Below are positions 27,264 through 39,956 of a DNA stretch of 64,000 nt, piece after piece. The notes under the pieces were generated by a model that made no database searches, had not been told where the DNA came from, and saw only the letters and a list, made by a program, of their open reading frames with translations. Each line of letters opens with the position of its first letter. Positions within the stretch are counted from its first letter, which is position 1. The position numbers were made by a program, and so were the translations under genes. Source of the DNA: Adineta vaga (taxonomy: Eukaryota; Animalia; Rotifera); assembly GCA_021613535.1 (NCBI GenBank), contig CP075496.1, positions 3,224,001-3,288,000 on the forward strand. The letters are read 5' to 3'.

Positions 27264-28569
27264 TTATTGTGATGTTGGATGTTTTGGTTTTTGAGCATCA
27301 TCTGATATAGCTTTTCTTCCTGATGATTTTTGTCGCATTCGTGTAATCTTCACATTTTCTTTACTATCAATACGATATTGTGTTAAATCTTCTTTGTGTT
27401 TTTCGATATCTTCATAAATTTCTGCTCGATCATCATCATGAATTTCTGTTCGATATTGTCTCATGATATCCCATTGACGCCATGGTTCACTATAACGTTG
27501 TGCTGCTTTACGTACACTTCTGGGTAATGATGGTAAAAGAACACCTTTCAAATCATGACGTTCCCATTTATATTGCCAATGAGTACTTGTAATTGGTACC
27601 TAAAAATGATTTGTAATGAATTAATTGATAAAAAAAAAGTCGTACTTGAATGGTGTTCAATGGTACACCCGAACCTGGTGGTAATTTTACAGGTTCCATA
27701 TCAAATGGAAATGTACAATATTCTGGTGGTGCATCACGTAAATAAGCAAGATTTTCATCTAAACGTCGTTCAAGTTTAAGAACTTCAATTTTCGTTATTG
27801 TTGGATTATATAATTCATAGACAATTTCAACACCTAGATAAATAGTTTGTCTTTCAAAAATCAAATTCTCAGTTAACTTTTATTTATTCTTACCAAGTCC
27901 ATCAACAATATTTCTCAAAGTAAATTGATGTTTAAGGCCATGTCTTTCACGTTGAATGCATATACCAACAAATCTATTACGTCGATTTGGTGAATATGGA
28001 TCAGCCGATGTTACAGCAAGTACACTTCCTATTGATATTGAAATTGAAATTGTTCTATTATTTAAACGATTTTTCTTTGTCGAATGATAAATACATACCG
28101 ACATAAAATTCTGGAATATCGATTTGTTGTCGTCGACGAAACATATCTTTACGTTCGAGTTTTTCTAATATACGATCGCGTAGAAAAGGAATTGGATTAG
28201 GTAGAAAATCAGGATAAACATATCTATGAAAACCAATCGATCATTCTTTTTGAATACAAATTTCTTCTCATCTACTTACTTGAAATCATGTGGTGTAGTT
28301 TTTAGATTTAAATTTTTATCATCTTTCGGTGGAAAAACACCTACACCTGCACCAGCTTTTGCTTTCCCTAATGGTGATTGTCTCTGACTTTCGACGAGAT
28401 GATCAGCAATATGTCCACGTTGTTTATAACGAACAGATAATATTAAGACTAAAACAAAATAAGAATCTATTCACTGAAAAAGAAGAAGTTTGTCTTGTTC
28501 CTAACCTGATCTTAATACATGCTGATTATTGAATAGAAATCGATTTGAATTAGAAAATATTAAAGCCAT
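27264..28569 (-). CDS. MRPL19: Mitochondrial ribosomal protein L19 (bL19m)
   Basis: [105 protein letters not shown]. Confidence 0.95.
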
Positions 28570-28620
28570 TTTATAATCAAATATTCATCTGAAAAAAAAC
28601 GATAACAAAACAAAATCAAT
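28570..28620 (-). promoter_or_regulatory. 51-bp intercistronic spacer with an unpaired 3' splice acceptor (candidate trans-splice site)
   Basis: Minus strand: IARS2 stop TAG-attgattttgttttgttatcg-T-run-CAG|atgaatatttgattataaa-ATG(MRPL19); AG at 28589-28590. Confidence 0.6.
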
Positions 28621-31600
28621 CTAAGAATTTTGTAAATGAAAAGAACATCGAGAACATAATTTATCTTCGATTTCAGATATCTGTAAACGACAACGAGGAC
28701 AACTATGTAATGAAGAATGTTGAATTTGCATTACATAATTAAATTTATCATCTAGAATTCATCAATCATTCGTTTCTTTTCCAAGATAATTCAACTTACC
28801 TAACAATGGTAAATCAACACTAGAAATATTTTCTTCTATTAGATTAGTTTCTAAATCAGTTAATGCACGTTGTTCTACACGAGAACATTGTAAAAGTTCG
28901 TCTAATGGTTGCCAAAAATTCAACGGAATCGTCTAAAAATGTATTCCCTTCTGTTTTAACTAGTCGTTTTGAAAGCATAGATTAACTTACTGATGAATGT
29001 TTTCCTAGAACATCAATAACTTGTTTTAACTAGAAAAAATGAAGTTACATGAAATCGAACTATTGTTTTAATAGAAATTCAACCTGAAGTTTTGCTTTGT
29101 CACTTAAATAAAGAATAATATCACATAAAATTCCTCGTCGATTCTGTAACATTCCATGAAAAGTATTACGTATATGAAATACAATTGCCATTGTTGATAC
29201 TAATTCAGGTGAAATTTCTGTATATTGTTTTTCCAGAAAAGTGAATGAATTCTCAAAAACATCCGTGATCTTATTCTCTTTCTTATCTAGAAGAAAAAGC
29301 GATTCACTTGTTAAACTAGTTGTTTAACTTACCTATCATACTCAATTCATTATGTAATTCTTGTGCGAGATATGGCATTACTGGTGCTAATCGTTCGTTA
29401 AGACATTTTAATAATAGATGAAAAACTGTTTGTGTGGATCGACGAAGATATGAATCTGATGGATTGCAATAGAGTCTAGTAAATAAAATGGAGTCATTTT
29501 GGAATCTATTTAAACTCAATTAGCATACCGATCTTTGGTCACTGAACAATAAAAACTTGAGATTTCTCCTTGAATAAAATTTTCGACCATAATTAAACCA
29601 TGATACATTTTATATTGATCAAAATCATCATGATACTAAAATATATCAACATTCAATGCAAAGAAGAAATTTTCATCAACTAACAGTTGCTAAAATTTGT
29701 TGCAATCGATAAACCATATATCGATCAACTGCTGATAGATTTTCCACGGCTATAGAATGTTTATTCGGTTGATAATCATATAGATTTCCTAATAAAAATT
29801 TCAATACATTTCTTATCTAAAAATAAATTTTTCATAAAAAAAACAACCAAATCCAAATAATTTCTATTCAACTTACATCATATACTCGTTTATAAGCATT
29901 AGTTAAATCTTCAACACTTGCTTTACATTGCTTTTTATAACTTTCTCTTGTCACCCATTCTCGACAAACATCGAAACCATTTTCAAGAAATTTCTCTTTT
30001 CCACCTCCATAGATCATGTGCGATGGTTCAATCACATTTCCAATTGATTTCGACATTTTTTGATTGTTTTTATCAACAACAAAACCATGTACAAATATAT
30101 TCGAAAATGGTGCACGTGATTGAATGCCTGTTGATAATAATAATGAAGATAAAAACCAACCATTGAACTGATCATGACCTTCACAATATAAATCTGCTTG
30201 ATAATTGACATCTTTTTTTTTCAATAACAAACAAAATCAAATCAACATATTATTTTCATTCAATTCAATTGATTACCTTTAAGAATCGAATAAAATGATG
30301 AACCACTATCAAACCAAACATCAAATATATCACTTCCACGCACAAGATTTTCTGCTTGATTATGCATTGATTCAGGTAATAATTCTTTAATATCATTTGC
30401 AGACCACCAAAAATCAATTGAACCTTTTTCTTGGACACATTGAATTAAATGTTCAATAATTTCTTTATTAATAACAAGTTCATTCTTTTCATCTTTTGTA
30501 TAGAAAACAGGAATAGGTACACCCCAACATCGTTGCCGTGATATACACCAATATGGACGTTTAGAAGTCATTGATAGAAAACTTTTTCCTGCGCCTTCAG
30601 GATAAATTTTAACTTCTTCCGAAATAGATTGACATGCCTTATCACGTAATTGAGTTGTATTAAGAAACCATTGTTGACTACCTAAGATTACAACAGGTTT
30701 CTTTGCTCGCCAATCATATGGATATGAATGAGTCAATTCATAATGATGTAATACATTAGAATTTAAATATTTTAAGATTGCTTGAATACCATCATTTGGA
30801 TTTAAGGCATTACGATTATGAAGAGATTCTATAGTTGGACAATGTAAATGACCAGCTAGATTAACAGCATTAACACATTGAAGATTATATTTTATTGATA
30901 GAAGAAAATCATCAGAACCATGTGCTGGTGCAATATGAACAAGACCAGTACCTAATTCATTCGTTACATGATCACTAGAAACAATCGGATAAGTTGCTGT
31001 TTGATCTTGATAAATTGGATGATAATATTTCAAATTAGATAACTGAGAACCTAAAGAAAAAGAAAAGATTTCTACTGTTAAAATAAATCTTATTTTGCTT
31101 ACCAAGACAATTTCCAATAATCTCAAATTGTTCACCAGAAAATGGTGGATATTGTTTAATGTTATTGAATAAAGATTCTGCAATGATATATGTATCATTT
31201 GTCGAAGGAGATTTTAAGAAGAGATATTTGAAATTTTCATTGACAGCTACAGCTTGATTGCCAACTAATGACCATGGTGTTGTTGTCCAAATTAAAGCAT
31301 AAATATTGTCTAGATTACTTTCTAAAAGAAAATAATGAGAAATGAATTATAAGAAGATTTCTTACGTGGTAAGAGTTTTGCTAAGGAATCATCATTTTTT
31401 AAACGAAATCGAACGTAGATAGCAATACTAAAATAATAGTAATATTTCTTTATTTATCAACCATATGAGTTTTGGGTTTTCGTGATAATTACCTTTTATG
31501 TTTATCATTATATTCTAATTCAGATTCAGCTAAAGCAGATTGTACTGTTGGTGACCAATTCACTGGTTTATATTGTCGATAAAGTAGATTCTTAAAGAAA

Positions 31601-32440
31601 AATAGGATTTATATATACAAACAAAAGTCTTCTATATGTACATACTTTTTCATATAATTTCCAAAATAATCTTATTTGATCAATAATATATTCTTTATCC
31701 AATGTTCGATAACAATGATTCCAATCAGCTAAGATACCCCATGATTGAAACTCAGCTTTCTGTTTATCCGATGTTTCAGTAGCAAATTGACGAGCTATGG
31801 AAATCAAACGATACGAATGAAAGTTATTGCAAATGAAATAAAAATAAGTATTTACCAAGTTTACGAATAGTTATTGGATCTTGATCAGTTGGTTTAGTTT
31901 TATTTTTTTGTAAAGCTTTTAATTCAATGGGTAAACCATGACAATCCCAACCAGGACGAAAATCTATTCGATGTCCGGCTAATAATTTATATCGAACAAT
32001 AATATCTTTTTGAATCTGTAAAAGATGAAAATCAATAATCGAAAAGCAACCGATTGAAAACATCGCTAACTTTATTTAAGAAGTGTCCAGTATGAAGAGG
32101 ACCATTGGCATAGGGTGGACCATTATGTAAGACAAATAATGGTCGTTGTGTTTGTTTCGATTGCCAATCCCACAATTGACTAACAGGAAATCTCTAAAAA
32201 AATACATGAAGTTTTCCATTTCAAGAAAATTCCATTCATCTTTTTCTATTCTCCTAATGTGAAAACACATCAAATTGAACAAACCTGTTTAATATCATTT
32301 TCTAATTTCACTCGATTTTTCATTGTACTCGCAAATTTACTCTTCGGCATATTGAGTGTATCTTTGTATGATATGCTTTTATTTGAGACATATCGTAAAT
32401 TTCTTTCGCAAAAATTTCGACAACCAAATAAAAGTCTCAT
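28621..32440 (-). CDS. IARS2: Mitochondrial isoleucyl-tRNA synthetase
   Basis: [15 protein letters not shown] (HIGH motif), [58 protein letters not shown] and a C-terminal CPRC..CSRC zinc finger. Confidence 0.96.
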
Positions 32441-32739
32441 CTAGTATACACAGAGAACAATATATAGATATATAAAGAAATATATAAGACTTAAATGAGA
32501 CAATAAATAAAATGAACACACACGGACAAAGACAATGTTTAAAAAAATGAGGCAATTGTATCCATCGCTATCGAAGGATATCCAATCTCAAATGTTTGTT
32601 TTGTTTTTTCTTTTTTTTTTCTACTAAAATAAATGAAACGAATGACTAGTTGACAATGTTATATTAAGAATGATGATTATCGAAAAGAAAAACAGAATAC
32701 AGTGTAAAAAAAAGCAAAGCGTATTGAGATAAGTTTATT

Positions 32740-33752
32740 TTATTTCGCTTTCGCATTTTTTGCTCGTTCAGCTTCATCAAGAGCAGCCATGTCAAGTGAA
32801 GCTGTATATAAATGAATCAAGCTGATAATTTGTTTTCCGACCATGATTGGTGTTACAGCATAGAGAATAACACGCCAAAGACCAATGGCATATTTACCAA
32901 TAGTAAGTACTAAAATCATGGAAATAATTGATAAAAAATCTAGCAGATAGAATGTTAGTGAAATTTACCGGCAGGACCTTCGCCGAAATGAATCATATAG
33001 ATCATTGAAAACCAAAGTTCATTTCCTGCACACATGGTAAAAAGCACTTTCTATAAATAGATTCATTGAATTTGATCTATTTCTTTGAAATGTTATTCTT
33101 ACGCGTGAGGTATAGTAAAGACGAAGTATTGGATTACCAGATAAATCAATTTTCTTATGACTTTCTGATCCTTTAACTGTCGCTCTAAAATCATAGCAAT
33201 TGAGATAAAAATCATTAGAAAATGAAAGAGAATTTACGCATGTAAATGAAGCCAATGACTGGCAACATCAATAGCAGCCCAAAGTTGAAAGAATAATGCC
33301 CATTTCGGATAGAACATGGCCAAAACAAAGCACAAACACATTGTTGAACATCGATCAATCAACATATCAAACATGGCACCGAATTTCGTGCCTAAAACGT
33401 ATTCCTCATACATTTTTCATCTCATTCATAATAGTAAGACTTACTTTGACCAAGTGCTCGTGCAGCATGTCCATCAAGTGCATCAAGTAATTCGCTTGTT
33501 AAATAACAGAATATTGTTATTTTCGGATGTGTTGGCATAAAATAAAATGATACAATTGAAAGAAAAACTCGTAGATAACCTAAGAAATACATAAGATATT
33601 GTATGATACTTGTAGGTAAAGGTTTTCATCTCACCAATTATATTCGGAATAAATAAAAAGATATTATTTGTTTTTAATAAAGCATCTAATGAATCAATTG
33701 TCTGTGTTTCTGATGAAACTTTTCTAACCGGTGAAGTAGTGGTACTTGCCAT
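32740..33752 (-). CDS. CDIPT: CDP-diacylglycerol-inositol 3-phosphatidyltransferase (PI synthase)
   Basis: NIFLFIPNIIGY..LLDALDGHAARALGQ..KFGAMFDMLIDRC..DVASHW..SHKKIDLSGNPILRLYYTSR..CAGNELWF. Confidence 0.95.
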
Positions 33753-33798
33753 TGTCTGTTTTATTACAAAAACAAAGATCTGAAAGACAAAAATAAAT
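33753..33798 (-). promoter_or_regulatory. 46-bp intercistronic spacer with an unpaired splice acceptor and an AATAAA
   Basis: Minus strand: METTL4 stop TAA-atttatttttgtctttCAG|atctttgtttttgtAATAAAacagaca-ATG(CDIPT). Confidence 0.6.
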
Positions 33799-35345
33799 TT
33801 ATGAGACACTTATTTCTTCAAATAAATCGATCGATTGATGTTTCAAAACCTAAGAGAATGAGAAAAGTAGGAAGCAGTGGTTTTTATCATCTTTCATAAA
33901 CATCTTTACTTCATTTCCTACAGATGTAAAATTTGGTAAGAGATTTCGTGCATAGATTTCTAAACAATGATCACTCTCATCGTTTGGAAACTGAATTAAA
34001 TTTTGAAATAATAAATGTAATGCTGGTTTTGTTGAATGTATCAATGCAGGCACCTAAATAAATCGTTGATTCGAAAAAAAGAAAGAAAGAAAGATATTGA
34101 ATACACTGCAAATGATTTTTGTTGTATTTTTTAATGTATCAAATCGATCATCATTGTCAGTATAACCAAGTATCAATGTTTCATAAGATTTTTTATCCGT
34201 TGAGGTTAAATCAAGAACTGCTTCACCAGAACGAGTTACCTGAAAAGCAAACAATATGTGTTTACTAATATTTCGTATAGAAGAGTAAGATTTCATTATA
34301 CTTTTAACCAATACCAAGTAGTTAAATATTGACAATTCCATTTCTTAAATAAATCATTTTTAATAAAATCTTCGATTCGATCACAATTTGTCGACCAACA
34401 ACAAATTAACGATGAATGTGTTCGATCAATTAAATTTTCGACTGGTAAATTTTTTATATCATCAAAATCTGACCAATGATATGGACGTTTTCGTCGTACA
34501 CTTTTATTTAACCATGGAGGATCAACAACAATAAATGAATATTTTCTTCCATCTGAAAAAGAAAGAACAAACAAATCATGATTTAATAACTAACTCAATG
34601 CTTACCATTTACGAGTAATTTCATATTTTTCATATCCGCCCATAAAAATCGACACTTTTCTGGTAGTACAATTTGTCCTGCAATAGCAGTATCAATAATG
34701 CTTGCATGAGGTTTATCGTGCGTATAAAGAAGATTTGTTTGTATACCCAATTTTGATGCACGAAGAAAATAATCTATCATGATTATGTATAAAAACTTAT
34801 TTTCAAAAATTCATCTTTTTACCAGTTAAAAGAATTTGTTGAATAGGTGGAATTCGATCATTTTGTTGAGTAGCGATTTCAGCAAAAGGAATATCATTAA
34901 ATGAATGTTCAGTTTGAATCAATGAAGTATCATGAATGAATGATAATTTATCTTTACAAAAGTTAGCTGCTTCATTCAACTATATATATAAACATAGTAT
35001 AAAGAAGAAGAGTTCGTCGATAGTCAATTCGTTTACTTTTGAAATTAAATCATTTTGAGTATCGTCGAATGCTTCATCGTGACTTCGTTTCTAAAACAAA
35101 TGATTGAAATATTATTTTTAACGTATGGAAAGAAAAAACAAACTATTTGCTACAGGCAAAGAATCGTATGATCCCAAGGTTGAATGTGAGTATTTTATGC
35201 CAATCACGTTAGAACATGTAGATGACGAAGAGATACATAAAATAAGTATCTAATTACTCGAAACGTTATGTTCTGGTGGGGAAAATATTTTCTTATCATT
35301 ATTTATCCTCCTTTTTTCTCTCACGTCAGATAATCTCATCGCCAT
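33799..35345 (-). CDS. METTL4: MT-A70 family N6-adenine methyltransferase (METTL4); 5' exon uncertain
   Basis: IVVDPPWLNKSVRRK, WSTN, TTWYWLKVT, KKSYETLILG, SVPALIHSTKP, LEIYARNL..GNE|VLKHQSIDLF; last exon 33849-33799. Confidence 0.9.
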
Positions 35346-36471
35346 CTGAACCGATTTGACAAGAATTATACTGAAAGCGTATAATTCCATCCGGATTTAT
35401 CCTTTTACGGCAAAGAAATAGATTCGATTGCGTGCTATAGATTGTCGTTAATGCTTAATTAGTATTTTGAAAAACAGGAAGTTCTGTGAGACTAATAGTT
35501 ATTTTTGAGAAAGTGCATAGGTTTTAGTTAATCTCTTGCTGATATAATATACTGTAGCTCAAAACTACTCCTACCGCATTTGTGTTGTTATCGTTCTTCT
35601 TCTTCTTCTTCTTCTTTTTCGCCATTTGTTCGTTATTTGTCCTCCGAAATGGTTGTTCTACATAAAACAAATCTTTCCTCCACGTCAAACTTCTTATACT
35701 ATCAGCTTCTACACTTTGTCTCCAGTTCTTGGTATGCGTATAAGTATGATTTAAAAATTTGATTTGATCAAGAATGACACATTCTTTGTCGTCGTGGCAA
35801 TGAATCATTACCAATCTAAAGAATATATGTAACGTGGCAAGTTATATTTATCTCTATGGAAGAAAAGAAAGAAAAACATGTTCATTGCTTGTAATTCATC
35901 ATGTTTTTGAAAAATGACAATCGAAGAAATAGAGAAATGAACAGAAATGAATTTTTGTTTGTTTTACAATGCAGAGAATTTCGAAGGAAAAAAAAGAGAG
36001 AGAGATTGAGAAGACACATGTTTCTGAAACACACTTCGTTGAAATATCCTCCTCCTTCGTATTTCTCTAAAACTTTTTCAGTAAGCTTGTCTTTGTTTTA
36101 CACAATACATTGACAAAACAATACATAATCTAGCAAATCGATAGAACAAAGATTAGATATTCATATGTCTCACTAGAAGATAAAGATAAAGAACTAAACA
36201 CACACACAAGGAAATTGTTTTCTCTCAATATAAGAAATCGAAATAATATATATATGTTCAAGAAGATGAAAAAAAAAGAGAATACCGCTTACCAAATAAG
36301 AGAAACAAATAAGAAAAAGTCAGAGAATTGACCTTGACAAGAATAAAGTGATACGCAGCCAGAATAAAGAGATGAAAAGAAATCAACATATACAAAAGAA
36401 AAGAAAAGAAGAAAGAAAGAAAAATGAAATAAATGGATTTGATTTAGTTCAAAAATGTTTAATTTTTTTTC

Positions 36472-37932
36472 TTATTTACGTGGTCGTAATTTTCGTGCGT
36501 ATTCTTCATTTGAGTCGGGTGTTGATGCTGAAGATTTTGGAGTTTTTCGAGTTCCACTTGTACGTGCTTTTTTCGTTGGAGTTTGAAGTGGTTCACTTTC
36601 AGCAGGAACAGCAGCAGCAACAGCAGCAGTACTAGTAGTTGTTGTTGATGGTGCTACTGTATTGTCTACATCCATTTGTTGTTCATCATTTGTTGTACTG
36701 GAAGCTTTTCCTTTGGGTGATACTTTTGCTTTTTTTGATGCGCTCACTGATGGTGAAGATGATGCACCACGTTTTCTTCCAGCAGCTGCTGACGTTCGGC
36801 CACCTTTACGAGGTGAGGGTGTTTCTTCTTTCGTTTTACTACCTGATGCATCATCATCATCATCACCTTTATCGGCTTCTGATGGAACTGCATCTTTCTC
36901 TGTTCGATCATTGACTTCATCTGTTGAACTACTACCTATAAATGTACCAAATAATAAGTAAACAACTTTTTTGTTGATTATGGAAATAGATTGCTTACCT
37001 GCTTGAATAGCATCTGCAGCTAATGCTGCTGCTTGCCGTTTTGTACGCTTCGGTGGAGATGAAGGTTCTGGTTGACTTGTTGTTGAAGTATCAACATCAT
37101 CTGTTTCTTTTTCTACTTCATCATTTTGCGATGATGATGTAACAGGTTTTCGACTACGTGTTGATTGACGTGTTGGAGTAGTTGATACTACTGGAGATTT
37201 GGCTTTACCACGAGGAGACTATATAATACAGAAAATAGATTTAAAAAAAAACAACAGAATATTTCCAATTACTTTGCTCTTTTTCTCTGGTGTTGTGGTC
37301 GCTTCAGCTAGAACAGTTGCTTTTGGAGCTGTAGCAGATGCAGGAACATTATCAATGGATGGTGTAATTGATTTCGAGTCTGCAGAAGAAGAAGGATTTT
37401 TTGTAGTAGTAACTGATGCCGATGATAAATCTTCTTTTCCAGCATCTACTGATGTTGATAATGCGGATTCGGGTTCAGTTGGTGCTGATGCATCACTTGG
37501 TGCTGTTGGTACAACACTATCCATTAGTTGATCAGAGTGTACTGGTAAAGGATCATTTTGACTTGATTTTTCAATCGGATCTGGTACTCCTGATTCTGAA
37601 ATAGATTCTTCTGTCGGATTGACATTATCTTTTGTTGTTGTATTGACAGCTGGAAGTGTTTCAATATCTGTTTTACCATTTTGACCATTAACAGGTCCAT
37701 TTGCTGAATTATTTGCACTCGCACTTCCACTATCTAGATTTTCATTTTTTTTATTATCATTTGAAATATCATTCTGTCCATTCTTCGTTAATTCTGGTGT
37801 TGCTAATTTCTCGCTTCCACCTAAATCATTATTCGGTTGTTGCTGTTGTTGAATTTTTGTATTTGATACTCCACTACCAAAGACAGGAATCGATGAGTTT
37901 GGATCTTGATCATCGACTGATTGCATCGACAT
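36472..37932 (-). CDS. Intrinsically disordered, basic-tailed nuclear protein (histone H1/AT-hook-like motifs)
   Basis: Three exons; S/T/P/E-rich N-terminus; SPRGK, SPRKGGR, SPKGK, TPTKK and KRTKRQAAALA motifs; C-terminal RKLRPRK. Confidence 0.7.
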
Positions 37933-39956
37933 TAGAATGTATTTTAATAAAATGAAGAAAATCTAAAAAAAATACCAAAGGTCATTCAGTTTATTCAGTG
38001 ATTTTTTTATCCGAGTAAACATTGATCGAAAAGGTAAAACTAGCTCCTATCTTATCATAGACAACTTTACATTCGAAAGTAAAGAAGAAAAAAAAGGTTT
38101 GTTTTATTTTGAATCACGTTTATTATTAACCTCTGAACATCTTTCTATTCTCTCTCGCGTTCTCCCTTTCCTTTTTTTTGAACACTTGCTACTCAGTCTT
38201 TGTTCAATGTAAAGTGCATAAGTATGTTAGATCGTAAAGGAAATGTAATTAACATGGAAAAGACATGTTCTTTATTGTTTTGTTCTAGCATGTCTTTAAA
38301 ATGAAGAGATAAGGCACAATAATAATCATTTGATCCATTTTATATTAATCAATATGTTTTAAAAGAAGACAGAAAGAATAAACGAAACGATTTTCATAAC
38401 AAAAATAAAATGGCAGACCACAACTATGAATTTGATATGATTATAGAAAGAAGGGAAATAAACAACAAATAACGAAAGCGACATCATTTGATTATGCGGA
38501 AATTCTCCAATCAACTATTTTTCAATTCACTCTATTGACTTTGAAGAGACCAATGAAACCAACCAAAGCTATTTACTTTCTCTTTCTTTCTGTCTGTCTA
38601 TCAATCAATATATACATACATTCAGCGACACCATATACTTTTGACAAAGATCTCAAACAAAGCATCAGTCGAATTTGATGTGTTTGTCTTTTTAAGTCAT
38701 TTGAGACTAAATCTTCGTAGTGTTTTCTAAATTAACTACAATAAACAATGACTATCATCGATAATCTTGATATTTCGCCGATCTCATTACTTAGAGTTCA
38801 TAAAACTTATGCTCAAACGTTTTTTGCATTTTAATCAGATGTCGGAAGTTTAATCTTTCCAAGCAAAAGGCACTAAATAATGAAGGTATATTTGTGTATA
38901 AACCACTTGCTAGTTGATGGTTCTTCTTTCACTCTTGTGGATACGTCAACGACTTTGAGCAGACATCAGTTCAGGCCAGATTATTCGGATCATCAGCAGA
39001 CAAACTTCATTGATATCGAAAGAGCTGGTCTAAATGATAGAAAGATTAAAGTTAATGTAAACAGACAGCAATTTTAATATATCTAATGGAATATACGACA
39101 ATAATTAGCAGATGCTATTATTGTTTCTCTTTCTTGTCTATTTATTTATGCTTCTGTAGAAGTAATTCTCCTTTCAAACTAACGCAAATAGAGTCATCAA
39201 GGCAAGGACAGTAAAAGAAAGCTGCATTTGTCTCTTTGCTTTTTCAAAATTATCGAGAACTTTAGATTTACACAGGAACAAATTTTAAACTAGCAAAGAA
39301 GTTCGATAGATCTGCATGTGTTTTCTAACAAAATATTGAATTCTACATAATAAAACTACGATGATATTGATGTTGTTCAGACGATTGAAATAGTGAAAAC
39401 ATCATGATTTGAATATTTGCAAAAATAAAAGTTATATTCTAACATGTTACTCATAGGTAATAAACATATCACGAGGCATCTTTGTCTGGATTTTTCAAAT
39501 TACCAAGAATAAAAACATATTTTCTTGTGAAATTCTATCTTGTTTCTTATACCTTAAGAGATATCACTAATGAACCCATTAATATGTAATCGGATGTCGT
39601 TATCCACATCATTATTGATATACATATTAAAGTATTTCGAATATATTTATCTCTACTAACGATGGCTGAAGTCTAAAATTGTCACAGTAAAGAAATAAAG
39701 ATTCTATTTATATATATATATATATATATTACAATCGCTGTTAGTATTTGTCGTTTTACCTGTATCGAATAGATTACTCAAGATAAATTTGATCGGAAGA
39801 GAAAACAACTGATCATTATCAATCGCTGAATCTATCAATCATAGTTTGTTTTTCGTCGATATACTTTTTTCTCTCTCTCTCACTTTCTATCCAATGAATC
39901 ATATATAATGTTTGTCTTATTTTCTTTTTTTGTGTATGTATAAATAAAATACAGTA

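Noticed and set aside
33850-33910. ORF-track C-terminus of METTL4 (VKMFMKDD...FSFS*)
   Set aside because: This is an intron read through; splicing GNE|VLKHQSIDLF restores the family-typical ending and moves the stop to 33799
38880-39077. 65-aa ORF in a slightly GC-richer patch
   Set aside because: No recognisable motif and no convincing partner exons
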